A stretch of 64,000 nt of DNA, from positions 262,087 through 326,086 of the forward strand of contig JAKAWT010000001.1 of assembly GCA_021816845.1 (NCBI GenBank), written 5' to 3'. The notes beneath the pieces are model-generated. The model was not told the origin of the DNA, made no database searches, and saw only the letters and a program-made list of their open reading frames with translations. Positions 45,630-54,318 of the stretch are shown here, in pieces. The translations under genes were made by a program, and so were the position numbers. Source of the DNA: a bacterium. GTDB lineage: Bacteria > Patescibacteriota > Dojkabacteria > JAKAPS01 > JAJZLI01. Position 1 is the stretch's first letter. Each line of letters starts with the position of its first letter.

Positions 45630-46076
45630 TTGGTTTTAAGGATAATGATGTTGTATAATAATTATATGAAAGAAAAAATTAAAAAATCAAAAGGATATAA
45701 TCAAAAAAACTCTAAACCTAAAAAAGATGTTTTAAAATTAGATGAAATTATAGGTTCTATACCTCTATATTGTGATAAATGTGGTTCTTTGCACAACAAA
45801 GATAATATTGAAATAATAGATAAAAACGAAAACCTCACAATTATATATATGATGTGTGAAAATTGCCTTTCTAAAAACATTATGTATGTTATAAAACCAC
45901 TCAATGTGATAAATAAAACTGTAATAAATGTTGATTTAGAATCAAATGAAATAAAAAAATTTGCTGGATCAAAAGCTATAACTACAGATGATATATTAAA
46001 TATCTATTCAATTATAAAATCAAAAAAAATAAATAAAGCAAAAGATCTCATTGATGAATTATCAAAAATAGATTAA
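45630..46076 (+). CDS. Zinc-ribbon protein
   Basis: Two Cys pairs, CDKCGSLH … CENCLS. Confidence 0.4.
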   Translation: MVLRIMMLYNNYMKEKIKKSKGYNQKNSKPKKDVLKLDEIIGSIPLYCDKCGSLHNKDNIEIIDKNENLTIIYMMCENCLSKNIMYVIKPLNVINKTVINVDLESNEIKKFAGSKAITTDDILNIYSIIKSKKINKAKDLIDELSKID

Positions 46077-46113
46077 CTATAAACCCTAATATAGATAAAA
46101 GGTTTGAAATAAA

Positions 46114-46437
46114 ATGCTTGAAAAAATCAGTTTTAAAAGGAAAATAGTTGCTGTAAAAAAAAATATTAAGTTAAAGGAAATTATAGATAACACATTAATA
46201 GATATATTTGGTGAGGAAATAGATCTTATTAAACGCAAAAATAAAGAACCTCAATTAAAATATAAATATATACGCAAAGGAAATATTACAATAATAACAC
46301 CAAGCTCTGTTATTGCACAGGAAATTATCCTTAAAAAGAATCTAATTATGGATAGTATTAATAATATACTAATTAAAAACAAAGATATAGATATTAAAGT
46401 AAAAGATATAAAGGTGAAAATAAAATCTTTGGATTAA
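46114..46437 (+). CDS. DUF721/DciA-like protein associated with the origin region
   Basis: …GNITIITPSSVIAQEIILKKNLIMDSIN… matches the DUF721 core (L-x-V-x-x-x-S-x-x-W/I-A-Q-E-L). It is adjacent to dnaN. Confidence 0.5.
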   Translation: MLEKISFKRKIVAVKKNIKLKEIIDNTLIDIFGEEIDLIKRKNKEPQLKYKYIRKGNITIITPSSVIAQEIILKKNLIMDSINNILIKNKDIDIKVKDIKVKIKSLD

Positions 46438-46464
46438 AATCCTTAGACTAAGATATTATTAAAA

Positions 46465-47610
46465 CTATCTTTCTTGTAGTGGTGTCATTAGGTAGGTAAA
46501 ATTTGGATCAGATGTGTCTTCAAATTTAGAAACTTTCTTTTTTTGTGGGTTATTAGTTTGTATTTGTAATTCATTACCCTCAACATGATTTAAAAAATCC
46601 ATAAGATACTTTGAATTAAAACAAATAACACCTTTTTCCCCTTCTATTTTTGTACTAATAAAACTTACACTCTCACCAACTTCAGCAAGAGAAGAATAGA
46701 TTTTTATTTCATTTTTTTTAGGATTTAAATCTAAATATATTCTTGATATATCTTTAAATTTAAAAATGTTTGAAAGCTTAACAACATCTCTAAATTCTTC
46801 AAAATTAATGGTAAATTTATTATCAAATGATTCTGGAAATATTTTTTTATAATCAGGATATTTTCCATCTATAATCCTAGATATAAATTTTACATTAAGT
46901 ATTTCAAATATCAATTGATTTTTATTCTCAGTTTCAGATATATATATATAAGTATCATCATCTACATTAAGTTCTTTTATTATTTTAGAAATATTATCAA
47001 CTGATGTAGTAGGGATAATAATATCTCTATCAGTTTCTTTTTTTACCTCAACATTGGATATTTTATAACTTGAAAATCTAAATCCATTTATTCCAATCAA
47101 TTTTAAAGATGATTTATTTGAAGATATACTTGTTTCAAACAATATACCATTTAATATTGTTTTTGACTGATCAGTTGATGAAGCAAAAGTCACTTTATCA
47201 GCAGCATTAGAGAAATCTAAAGCGTTTATTTTTATGAAATAATCATTTTTTTTGTCCTTAAATTCAGGAAATTCATCTGAAGGTATAGTATTTAGAGAAA
47301 TTTCATTTTTTAAATCTGAAATTATAAGTTTAAAATTTTCAACCTTTATATTTACAGCTTCAGATTTAAGATTTGACAGAAAATCATATAAATTCTTTAA
47401 ATTTACTGTTATTGACCCTTCTTTTACAATTTCTACTCCACAATATGAAACTATAGTCTGTTCCATATCTGTCGCACAAATTTTAATTTTTCCTTCCTCT
47501 GTATTTAGAAGAACATTAGATAATATAGGAATACTAGATCTGAAATTTTGTACTTTACTTGCAAAATTTAAAGACTCTAATAAATTTTCACGAACTACAT
47601 TTATCTCCAT
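46465..47610 (-). CDS. dnaN: DNA polymerase III beta sliding clamp
   Basis: 381 aa. The N-terminus (…SIPILSNVLLNTEEGKIKICATDMEQTIV…) matches the clamp consensus. Located downstream of dnaA. Confidence 0.75.
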   Translation of the reverse strand: MEINVVRENLLESLNFASKVQNFRSSIPILSNVLLNTEEGKIKICATDMEQTIVSYCGVEIVKEGSITVNLKNLYDFLSNLKSEAVNIKVENFKLIISDLKNEISLNTIPSDEFPEFKDKKNDYFIKINALDFSNAADKVTFASSTDQSKTILNGILFETSISSNKSSLKLIGINGFRFSSYKISNVEVKKETDRDIIIPTTSVDNISKIIKELNVDDDTYIYISETENKNQLIFEILNVKFISRIIDGKYPDYKKIFPESFDNKFTINFEEFRDVVKLSNIFKFKDISRIYLDLNPKKNEIKIYSSLAEVGESVSFISTKIEGEKGVICFNSKYLMDFLNHVEGNELQIQTNNPQKKKVSKFEDTSDPNFTYLMTPLQER

Positions 47611-47959
47611 AAAACTTTTCTCTTCTTTTAATAATATATAAATTTTAGTAGTCTTATTAGGTATTGTTTATAAGTTTAAAATAAACAATAAAACATATAT
47701 CTTATATAGTTTAATCTTGGTGTATTTCCTGTTTATAATATAAAATTATATTATAAATTGCAAAAACACTAATATTTTTTATATAGATTATAATAAAACC
47801 TAGTTACTATAACTGTGTATAATTAATTCAAAATGTTTATTATTTGTGTACTAAAAAATAATTGTTTTTTCAAAATACACACAAAAATTAATATTTATAA
47901 ACATCTTATACACACACAATATTCATAATATACACACATAATAATATTCTTTAAAAGAG
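47611..47959. promoter_or_regulatory. Candidate oriC: extremely AT-rich dnaA-dnaN intergenic region with clustered DnaA-box-like 9-mers
   Basis: TGTGTATAA (47814-47822), TTATACACA (47906-47914), ATATACACA (47928-47936), AAATACACA (47873-47881), and long A/T tracts. A perfect TTATCCACA sits at 48030-48038 just inside the 3' end of dnaA. Confidence 0.55.
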
Positions 47960-49381
47960 CTACAACTGGTGCCTGATCTCTGCTATTTGGTCTTTAATTT
48001 GTAGATCAACATCAATTAAATTTTCAATCTTATCCACACCATGCATTATTGTAGTATGGTCTTTTCTTTTAAGTATTGATGCAACTTCTACAAGAGAAAG
48101 GTTTAAATCTGTTCTTAAAATATACATAGCAATTTGTCTAGGTAATACAACTTTAACAGTTCTTCTCTCTCCAAAAATATCTTTTCTTGAAACTTCATAT
48201 TTTTCACAAATAGAGTCTATAACATCTTTAGGTCTAAGTCTTTTTTGTCTTTTTTTTCTTGATATACCAATATATTTTGATATATCTTCTGGAGTTAACT
48301 CTTTATTTAGAGAAGTTTGCAGAGCGATTACTTTAGTTAATACACCTTCTAGTTCTCTAATATTAGATTCAATACTTATTGCTATCATTGAAAGAACTTC
48401 ATCTTTAATTCTAATCCCTCTTTCCTCACATTTTTTTCTTAAAATTGCCACCCTTGTTTCTTCATCTGGAAGAGAGATATCTGCAACCATACCACCTTCA
48501 AATCTAGAAACAAGTCTTTCTTCTAAATTTTCTATATCTCTTGGATGTCTATCAGAAGCTAAAATGATTTGTTTATTTGCTTGGTGAAGAGTATTGAATG
48601 TATGAAAAAATTCTTCTTGTGTACCTTTTCTTCCTGATATGAATTGAATATCATCTATTATAAGCACATCATTCTCCCTATACTGTTTTCTAAAATTTTC
48701 GGATTTACCTTTCTTTATAGAATTTATAAGTTCATTAAGAAATGTTTCACTACTTACATACGCAACCTTATAATCAGGATTTTTTTCTAATATAGAATTT
48801 CCTATAGCTTGCATAAGATGTGTTTTTCCAAGACCTACTCCTCCAAATACAAAAAATGGGTTATATATTTCTCCAGGTTTATCTATTATTGCACAAGCAG
48901 CTGCATGAGCAAGTCTATTAGATGAACCAACAATAAAATTTTCAAGTGAATATTTAGGATTTAGACCAGCTTTTATTAAAGAAGAGTCTCTTGTAGTTTC
49001 AAATTCTTTTTTTGAAGCATCTTTTGTATTTGAATCTTTAGTGTTTGTTTCAAACAAAGGAGTATTTTCGACAATATCTCCTTTTTTTACAACTAAAGTT
49101 ATTTCTACAGGTTTTCCATAAGCATCAGATAAAGCCTTTCTTGTAATATTTAAATAATTCAGATTAATATAATCGGATGTGAATGAATTGGGACAAGATA
49201 TTTTTGCAATACCATCTTTTATGTCAATAAGTTTTGTTTTTGAAAACCATATGTGATAGTTTTTTTCAGAAATATTTAGCCTTATTTGGGATACAGCAAT
49301 TTTCCAAATTCCTGGTAGTAGATCTTTTTGATCTGAACTTTTTGAATTTGAATCTTGAATTTTCCCGAAATTTCTATGCAT
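47960..49381 (-). CDS. dnaA: Chromosomal replication initiator DnaA
   Basis: Walker A GGVGLGKTHLMQAIG, Walker B LIIDDIQF, sensor/arginine-finger region, and a C-terminal HTH DNA-binding domain (…VSRKDIFGERRTVKVVLPRQIAMYIL…). Confidence 0.95.
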   Translation of the reverse strand: MHRNFGKIQDSNSKSSDQKDLLPGIWKIAVSQIRLNISEKNYHIWFSKTKLIDIKDGIAKISCPNSFTSDYINLNYLNITRKALSDAYGKPVEITLVVKKGDIVENTPLFETNTKDSNTKDASKKEFETTRDSSLIKAGLNPKYSLENFIVGSSNRLAHAAACAIIDKPGEIYNPFFVFGGVGLGKTHLMQAIGNSILEKNPDYKVAYVSSETFLNELINSIKKGKSENFRKQYRENDVLIIDDIQFISGRKGTQEEFFHTFNTLHQANKQIILASDRHPRDIENLEERLVSRFEGGMVADISLPDEETRVAILRKKCEERGIRIKDEVLSMIAISIESNIRELEGVLTKVIALQTSLNKELTPEDISKYIGISRKKRQKRLRPKDVIDSICEKYEVSRKDIFGERRTVKVVLPRQIAMYILRTDLNLSLVEVASILKRKDHTTIMHGVDKIENLIDVDLQIKDQIAEIRHQL

Positions 49382-49492
49382 AGTTTAAATAAAAAAAGTC
49401 AAAATATTTAGTGTTAGGCACAAAAATAAAACTTAAGGATTCCTTAACAAGGATTAGGATCCAAGAGGCAGACACGAATAAGGGTATCAAAT

Positions 49493-49501
49493 TGTGGATA
49501 A
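49493..49501. promoter_or_regulatory. Perfect consensus DnaA box TGTGGATAA in the dnaA upstream region
   Basis: An exact 9-mer about 110 nt upstream of the dnaA start codon, consistent with dnaA autoregulation or a second origin flank. Confidence 0.6.
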
Positions 49502-49601
49502 CTTTTCAAGTAATCTACTAAATACTTATTATTGTAATATTTGTTTTACAATATAAAAACAGCTCTGGTATTTTAAAAAAAAAGACTTTATTATTATAGA
49601 A

Positions 49602-50201
49602 ATGGAAAAGGATTTAGCTCTAGAGAGTTTATACAAAAGAGATACACAAAAAATTAGGGCAATATGGATTGGCTCTAAGGGTTTCACTTTAATTGAAATA
49701 TTAATAGTTATAGTTATTATTGCAATATTAGCTCTTGTTGTTTTTATCGCAATAAATCCAGCTGGAAGAATAAGTGATTCTCAAAATACTACAAGTATTA
49801 AAAATGTAAAAGCAATCGTTAATGCAATAGAAACATATACAATTGACCATAATGGAACAATACCACCTTCAATTCCTAGCCTACCATCTCCTTTTATAAC
49901 TACAAATACATCAAGTACTGGGATTGGTTCTGGTTACAATATAGAAAATGGGAACCCAGGATTACCTGATTGTACTCAAGCTGGGGCATCATCTGGGACA
50001 TGTACTCAGGTCACTTCAGGAACTTTACTGTATAGTGAAATCCAATCATACTTATCATCTTCTCCAACAGGAGGCCCTTACTATGTTGGACAAGATAGTG
50101 GTGGTAATAACATAGTTGTTTTTGCAGTAGGATTAAAACAAGGGATTACAACAGATACAGTAGGATACGGTGTTGCATATATGTTGTATGCCTTTAGATA
50201 A
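49602..50201 (+). CDS. Type IV (major) pilin
   Basis: 26-aa leader then G|FTLIEILIVIVIIAILALVVF, with Glu at +5. The C-terminal region has a Cys pair (DCTQAGASSGTC). Confidence 0.8.
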   Translation: MEKDLALESLYKRDTQKIRAIWIGSKGFTLIEILIVIVIIAILALVVFIAINPAGRISDSQNTTSIKNVKAIVNAIETYTIDHNGTIPPSIPSLPSPFITTNTSSTGIGSGYNIENGNPGLPDCTQAGASSGTCTQVTSGTLLYSEIQSYLSSSPTGGPYYVGQDSGGNNIVVFAVGLKQGITTDTVGYGVAYMLYAFR

Positions 50202-50291
50202 AAAAGTTTAAAAATTAACTATCAAGATTGACAAAAATTTTATACTGATATAAATTGGTAATAAGTCAGATAAAGGGGGTGAAAGAGAATT

Positions 50292-50882
50292 ATGATAAAA
50301 ACTAATTTTAAAGGAGCTAGCCCCAAAAAAGCAAATGCTTTATCTAGATCCAATGGAACCAGAGGTTTCACTTTGATTGAAATATTGATAGTTATAGTTA
50401 TTATTGCAATACTTGCACTTGTTGTGTTTGTAGCAATTAACCCAGTAGGGAGAATTGCAGATGCAAATAACTCTACTAGACAAACAGATGTTCAGCAAGT
50501 TGCACATGCAATATTGATGTATACTAATGATCACCAAGGTCAATACCCAGGTGGTTTAACTCAACTTACATCTCCATTGATAAATACAGCTGCAGCTTAT
50601 GGATATTCTTTAACAGGATCTTCAATTGGAGTTCCTAATTGTGTTACAGGATCAGGAACAATACCTAATGCTACAGTTACGGTATCCTCATCTTGTGTAT
50701 TATTAACACAAGGATCTACCGTTGGTAATGAACTTTCACAATATCTAAGTTCTTTCCCTTCAGGTAATATCTATATGGCAGAAAATTCAACAGGAACAAG
50801 GTTTGTTGTTTTCGCAACAGGAATGCAACAAGGAGTAACTGTTGACGCTAAAGGTTATCCAGTAGTTTGGAGTTATAACTAA
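50292..50882 (+). CDS. Type IV (major) pilin, tandem paralog
   Basis: …TRG|FTLIEILIVIVIIAILALVVF, with a C-terminal Cys pair (PNCVTG…SSSCVL). Similar length and layout to 49602..50201. Confidence 0.8.
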   Translation: MIKTNFKGASPKKANALSRSNGTRGFTLIEILIVIVIIAILALVVFVAINPVGRIADANNSTRQTDVQQVAHAILMYTNDHQGQYPGGLTQLTSPLINTAAAYGYSLTGSSIGVPNCVTGSGTIPNATVTVSSSCVLLTQGSTVGNELSQYLSSFPSGNIYMAENSTGTRFVVFATGMQQGVTVDAKGYPVVWSYN

Positions 50883-50895
50883 TAGGCAATGTTGT

Positions 50896-50932
50896 GGGGC
50901 GACAGACATATATTTTATATGTTGTCGTCCCC
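50896..50932 (+). other. GC-clamped RNA/DNA hairpin between the second pilin gene and trxA
   Basis: GGGGCGACAGACATATA-ttt-TATATGTTGTCGTCCCC folds into about 16 bp with two single-nucleotide bulges. No U-tract follows. Confidence 0.35.
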
Positions 50933-50980
50933 CTCATATAGTGGTATACTCAAGGTACTAATATTTGGATTGTTAATGCT

Positions 50981-51301
50981 ATGGCTCACCAAGAAATAAC
51001 ATCTTCAAACTTTGATCAAGAAGTTTTAAAATCAGATACACTTTATGTTGTAGATTTTTGGGCAGATTGGTGTATGCCATGTCATATGCTATCTCCTATC
51101 ATAGAAGAGGTTGGGGAGGATTATAAAGATAAAATAAAGGTTGGAAAACTTAATACTGATGAAAATCCAGATATTGCAGCAAAATATGAGATTATGAGTA
51201 TTCCTGCAGTACTATTTTTCAAGGAAGGTAAAGAAGTAGCAAGACTAATAGGGGTTAGACCTAAAACTGATTTCTCAAATCAAATAGACTCTCTTTTATA
51301 G
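50981..51301 (+). CDS. trxA: Thioredoxin
   Basis: 106 aa, active site WADWCMPC (a CxxC in thioredoxin context). Confidence 0.85.
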   Translation: MAHQEITSSNFDQEVLKSDTLYVVDFWADWCMPCHMLSPIIEEVGEDYKDKIKVGKLNTDENPDIAAKYEIMSIPAVLFFKEGKEVARLIGVRPKTDFSNQIDSLL

Positions 51302-51313
51302 TAACCTAAATTC

Positions 51314-51994
51314 ATGAAAATTAATGTAATCACCTTATACCCAGAGTATTTTAGCTCTTGTTTCCTCTTTGGTACTATAAAAAAAGCTTTAGACATAAAG
51401 GCTATATCTTTGAATATTATAAATCTTAGGGACTATTCCTATGATAAACGTGGATCCGTTGATGATTCTCCTTATGGAGGGGGTGCTGGAATGATAATAA
51501 GGGCGGATGTTCTGTATAATGCAATAAATACAATAGAAAAAACATCTAAATCTAAAAATTATACCGTAATGTTATCTGCATCTGGAAAGAAATATACACA
51601 AAGTGTAGTAGAATCCCTAGCAAAACTAGAAGAAATGACCATAGTGTGCTCAAGATATGAAGGATTTGATGAAAGAATTTTAGAGTACACTGATATTGAA
51701 CTTTCAATAGGAGATTTTGTCCTATCTGGAGGGGAACCAGCAGCAATTGTAATAATTGATTCAATATCAAGATTACAACCTGGAGTTTTGGGAAATAATG
51801 AGTCATTAGGAGAAGAGTCTTTTTCAAAAATGAATAAAAATTTATTGGAGTATCCTCAGTACACAAGGCCGAAAGAATTTAACAACATTGATGTTCCTAA
51901 AGTATTATTGTCTGGAGATCATGAAAAAATAAAAGAATGGCGAAAGGAAAAAAGTCTTGAAAAAACACATAAAAATAGGCCAGATTTAATATAG
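51314..51994 (+). CDS. trmD: tRNA (guanine37-N1)-methyltransferase
   Basis: MKINVITLYPEYF…GGGAGMIIRADVL…SGGEPAAIVIIDSISRL matches the TrmD SPOUT signature. Confidence 0.85.
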   Translation: MKINVITLYPEYFSSCFLFGTIKKALDIKAISLNIINLRDYSYDKRGSVDDSPYGGGAGMIIRADVLYNAINTIEKTSKSKNYTVMLSASGKKYTQSVVESLAKLEEMTIVCSRYEGFDERILEYTDIELSIGDFVLSGGEPAAIVIIDSISRLQPGVLGNNESLGEESFSKMNKNLLEYPQYTRPKEFNNIDVPKVLLSGDHEKIKEWRKEKSLEKTHKNRPDLI

Positions 51995-52024
51995 AAATGC
52001 TGTTTGTTGTAAAAATATAGGGAT

Positions 52025-53635
52025 GTGATAAGATATTATGTTTACATACTATATTTTTTAAATATGCAGTTTATAAAAAGACATACAGTATTACCCTTCA
52101 AAGAAAAAAAATTAAAGACACAAATCTTGTTGTTAAAAACGAGAATTTTTATAAAACACCTAATTTCGTATAAAAGGGATTTGATTGATCTTATAGAGAG
52201 AACTACGAATGCAAACTTAAAACAAAGAAGTTCAATAAATATAAAGAATGTTTTTGCATTATTAGTAGTTTTTGGAGTTTTATCTGGAGGCTACGTCTTT
52301 GCTCAGACAACAACTACTTCTTCCTCTACAACTTTGGATAAGTGTGCTCCTGCCAATGGATCAGGACTTGCAACTTGGAATTCTTGTGGTTTCACTCCAT
52401 CTATTTTTCAATCAGGTGCGATTGCTATACTTGGTAATTATACGCAATATTCTAACTCTACAGCCCAGAATTTTAAATATACAGGGGGTTATGGGGCAAT
52501 GGGAGAAATGACTTCTTTGATGGGAACTATGTATGCAGCACAGCCTGAATCTGGAGTTGGGTATTTTGCATATTTAGGAGAGAAAGCTGGTTTTATAAAT
52601 CCTACTTATGCTGCAACAACATCAAATTCTGGTGGCCCAATTTATGGATTCTCTTTCCTCTCTCCAATTGAACCTCTGTGGGCATTAACTAGAAACGTAG
52701 CATATTTCCTGTTAATTTTAATAATAATAATGACAGGAATTATGATAATAATAGGAGGAAAGATTGGAGGCCAAATACCAATAACCTTTATGTCTGCATT
52801 ACCAAATATTGTTGCTGCAGTAATACTAATTGAATTCTCTTATGCATTGGCGGGATTTATGATAGATTTAATGAATATTCTACTTTCTTTTGTATTTTTC
52901 ACATTTAATTATCTTGGACCTAATTTAGGAGGAAAAAGTTTTTCTTCAGCTTTTTCTAGTAAAATGTATGTATTTTCAGTCTTTGGTACAGAACAGAGTC
53001 AGATACAAAAAGCCTTAGAAAATTCACAACCACTTGTTAATTCTATTACTGCAAATAGTAATAATGTATATGTGAAATTACTTGGGATGTTAGGGAATCT
53101 TATAAGTAATCATCAGTTATCTGGAATTATAGCATTTGTTATTGCTGTAATATTACTTTTCACTGCGATAAAGATCTTTATGAAACTTTTAGCTTCATAT
53201 GTCATACTTATTTTTCTTCCAGTAGCCGCACCGTTTATGTTCTTATTTGGAGCTTTTCCAGGACAGAGTAAATTTTACTGGAAATTTTTTATGGGGATGT
53301 TTAAAGCTCTTATGGCATTTGTTGTTGTCTATGCAATTTTCCTGATAATGTTTTATATAGAAAATGGCAATGGAGGAAACCCTATATCTTTCGGGAACGG
53401 AAATGCTTTACCACTTATTGGGTTTAACAATATTTCTACATCTTCTGCAACTTCAGTAATCTCTGCATTTATAGCTATTGCTCTTTTTGTTCTTATACCA
53501 AAACTTGTTGGCGATGTACAAAATGCTATATCAAGAGACTTTGGAGATTATGGAACAGAACTTAAAAAGAATGTTGCAGGTCCTTGGGCTAGCCTTAGAA
53601 GAGGTGCTAGGAACCTTACAGGGATGGCAAGATAA
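52025..53635 (+). CDS. VirB6/TrbL-like secreted polytopic membrane protein (paralog of 3213..4133); true start probably downstream of the annotated ATG
   Basis: Signal-peptide-like …LLVVFGVLSGGYVFAQ, a Thr/Ser-rich stretch with two Cys, then at least 7 TM helices. The first 70 codons of the ORF (a poly-basic, low-complexity-looking stretch) precede the signal peptide and may be non-coding. Confidence 0.45.
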   Translation: MIRYYVYILYFLNMQFIKRHTVLPFKEKKLKTQILLLKTRIFIKHLISYKRDLIDLIERTTNANLKQRSSINIKNVFALLVVFGVLSGGYVFAQTTTTSSSTTLDKCAPANGSGLATWNSCGFTPSIFQSGAIAILGNYTQYSNSTAQNFKYTGGYGAMGEMTSLMGTMYAAQPESGVGYFAYLGEKAGFINPTYAATTSNSGGPIYGFSFLSPIEPLWALTRNVAYFLLILIIIMTGIMIIIGGKIGGQIPITFMSALPNIVAAVILIEFSYALAGFMIDLMNILLSFVFFTFNYLGPNLGGKSFSSAFSSKMYVFSVFGTEQSQIQKALENSQPLVNSITANSNNVYVKLLGMLGNLISNHQLSGIIAFVIAVILLFTAIKIFMKLLASYVILIFLPVAAPFMFLFGAFPGQSKFYWKFFMGMFKALMAFVVVYAIFLIMFYIENGNGGNPISFGNGNALPLIGFNNISTSSATSVISAFIAIALFVLIPKLVGDVQNAISRDFGDYGTELKKNVAGPWASLRRGARNLTGMAR

Positions 53636-53640
53636 AATAT

Positions 53641-54318
53641 ATGGATTTAAGACAATTTTACTATGACAAATATAAGGATGATTTTTCATTGTATGAGGAA
53701 TTTATAAGGAAATTCTCTTATAGTAGTGATGTAGATAATTTTTTGACCCTTGAGCTTAAAACCTTTGATGAATATTGTGATGACAGAACCCTTCCCCTGT
53801 ATGACTATATGTACTCCTCACTATATGAGCTTTTAAAAACTCCTACAGTCTCAGATTTACAATTTCTTTATAGGGTCATAGACAAAGATTTTATAGAGTT
53901 TTTTTCTTCTCAAAAAGGGAGAGATTTCCTTTTTTATGAAGGACTAAAGAATGAAAAAGGAGAGGAAATTACAATCAGGAAAGATGCTTTGATTGGAGAA
54001 GAAAATTATGAAGATCTGTCTTTCTCTCCTCATATTCTTGATCCAAATTATTTTTATTTCATTGACCACGATGATGATATTAGGGGGATCAAATATTTGA
54101 AGGAAGTGAAAACCCTTTTTATTATAAGGAAGTTTTTAGAATATGGAGGTTCCTTTGCATATCTTAATAATGCAGAGGATAGTCTTTTTATAAAGAAACT
54201 TTGGATTCCTTTATCTGAAGGCATTATAAAAATTTCCGATAAAAACCTTGTAACTTCAAGCATATCATTATATGAAGATATCTTTGATTTTAACTTAGAT
54301 TTAAATATTGAACTTTAA
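53641..54318 (+). CDS. Hypothetical acidic cytoplasmic protein
   Basis: 225 aa, D/E/Y-rich, with no motifs. Its stop overlaps the start of the giant gene (ATGA at 54317-54320). Confidence 0.35.
   Translation: MDLRQFYYDKYKDDFSLYEEFIRKFSYSSDVDNFLTLELKTFDEYCDDRTLPLYDYMYSSLYELLKTPTVSDLQFLYRVIDKDFIEFFSSQKGRDFLFYEGLKNEKGEEITIRKDALIGEENYEDLSFSPHILDPNYFYFIDHDDDIRGIKYLKEVKTLFIIRKFLEYGGSFAYLNNAEDSLFIKKLWIPLSEGIIKISDKNLVTSSISLYEDIFDFNLDLNIEL

Noticed and set aside
49441-49480. Possible tRNA or small structured RNA in the dnaA upstream region (GGATTCCTTAACAAGGATTAGGATCC)
   Set aside because: There is only a short imperfect direct repeat (AAGGATT x2) and no cloverleaf-compatible stems or conserved tRNA boxes. 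No tRNA or rRNA could be supported anywhere in the window.
50896-50932. Hairpin after the second pilin gene as a canonical rho-independent terminator
   Set aside because: There is a strong stem but no downstream U-tract (it is followed by CTCATATAGTGG). It is reported as a structured element of unknown role rather than a terminator.
52025-52240. First about 70 codons of 52025..53635 as a genuine cytoplasmic N-terminal extension
   Set aside because: The sequence is poly-basic, low-complexity and precedes a clear signal peptide (…LLVVFGVLSGGYVFAQ). It is more likely untranslated leader with the true start at a downstream or non-ATG codon. The feature is kept with a note rather than split.
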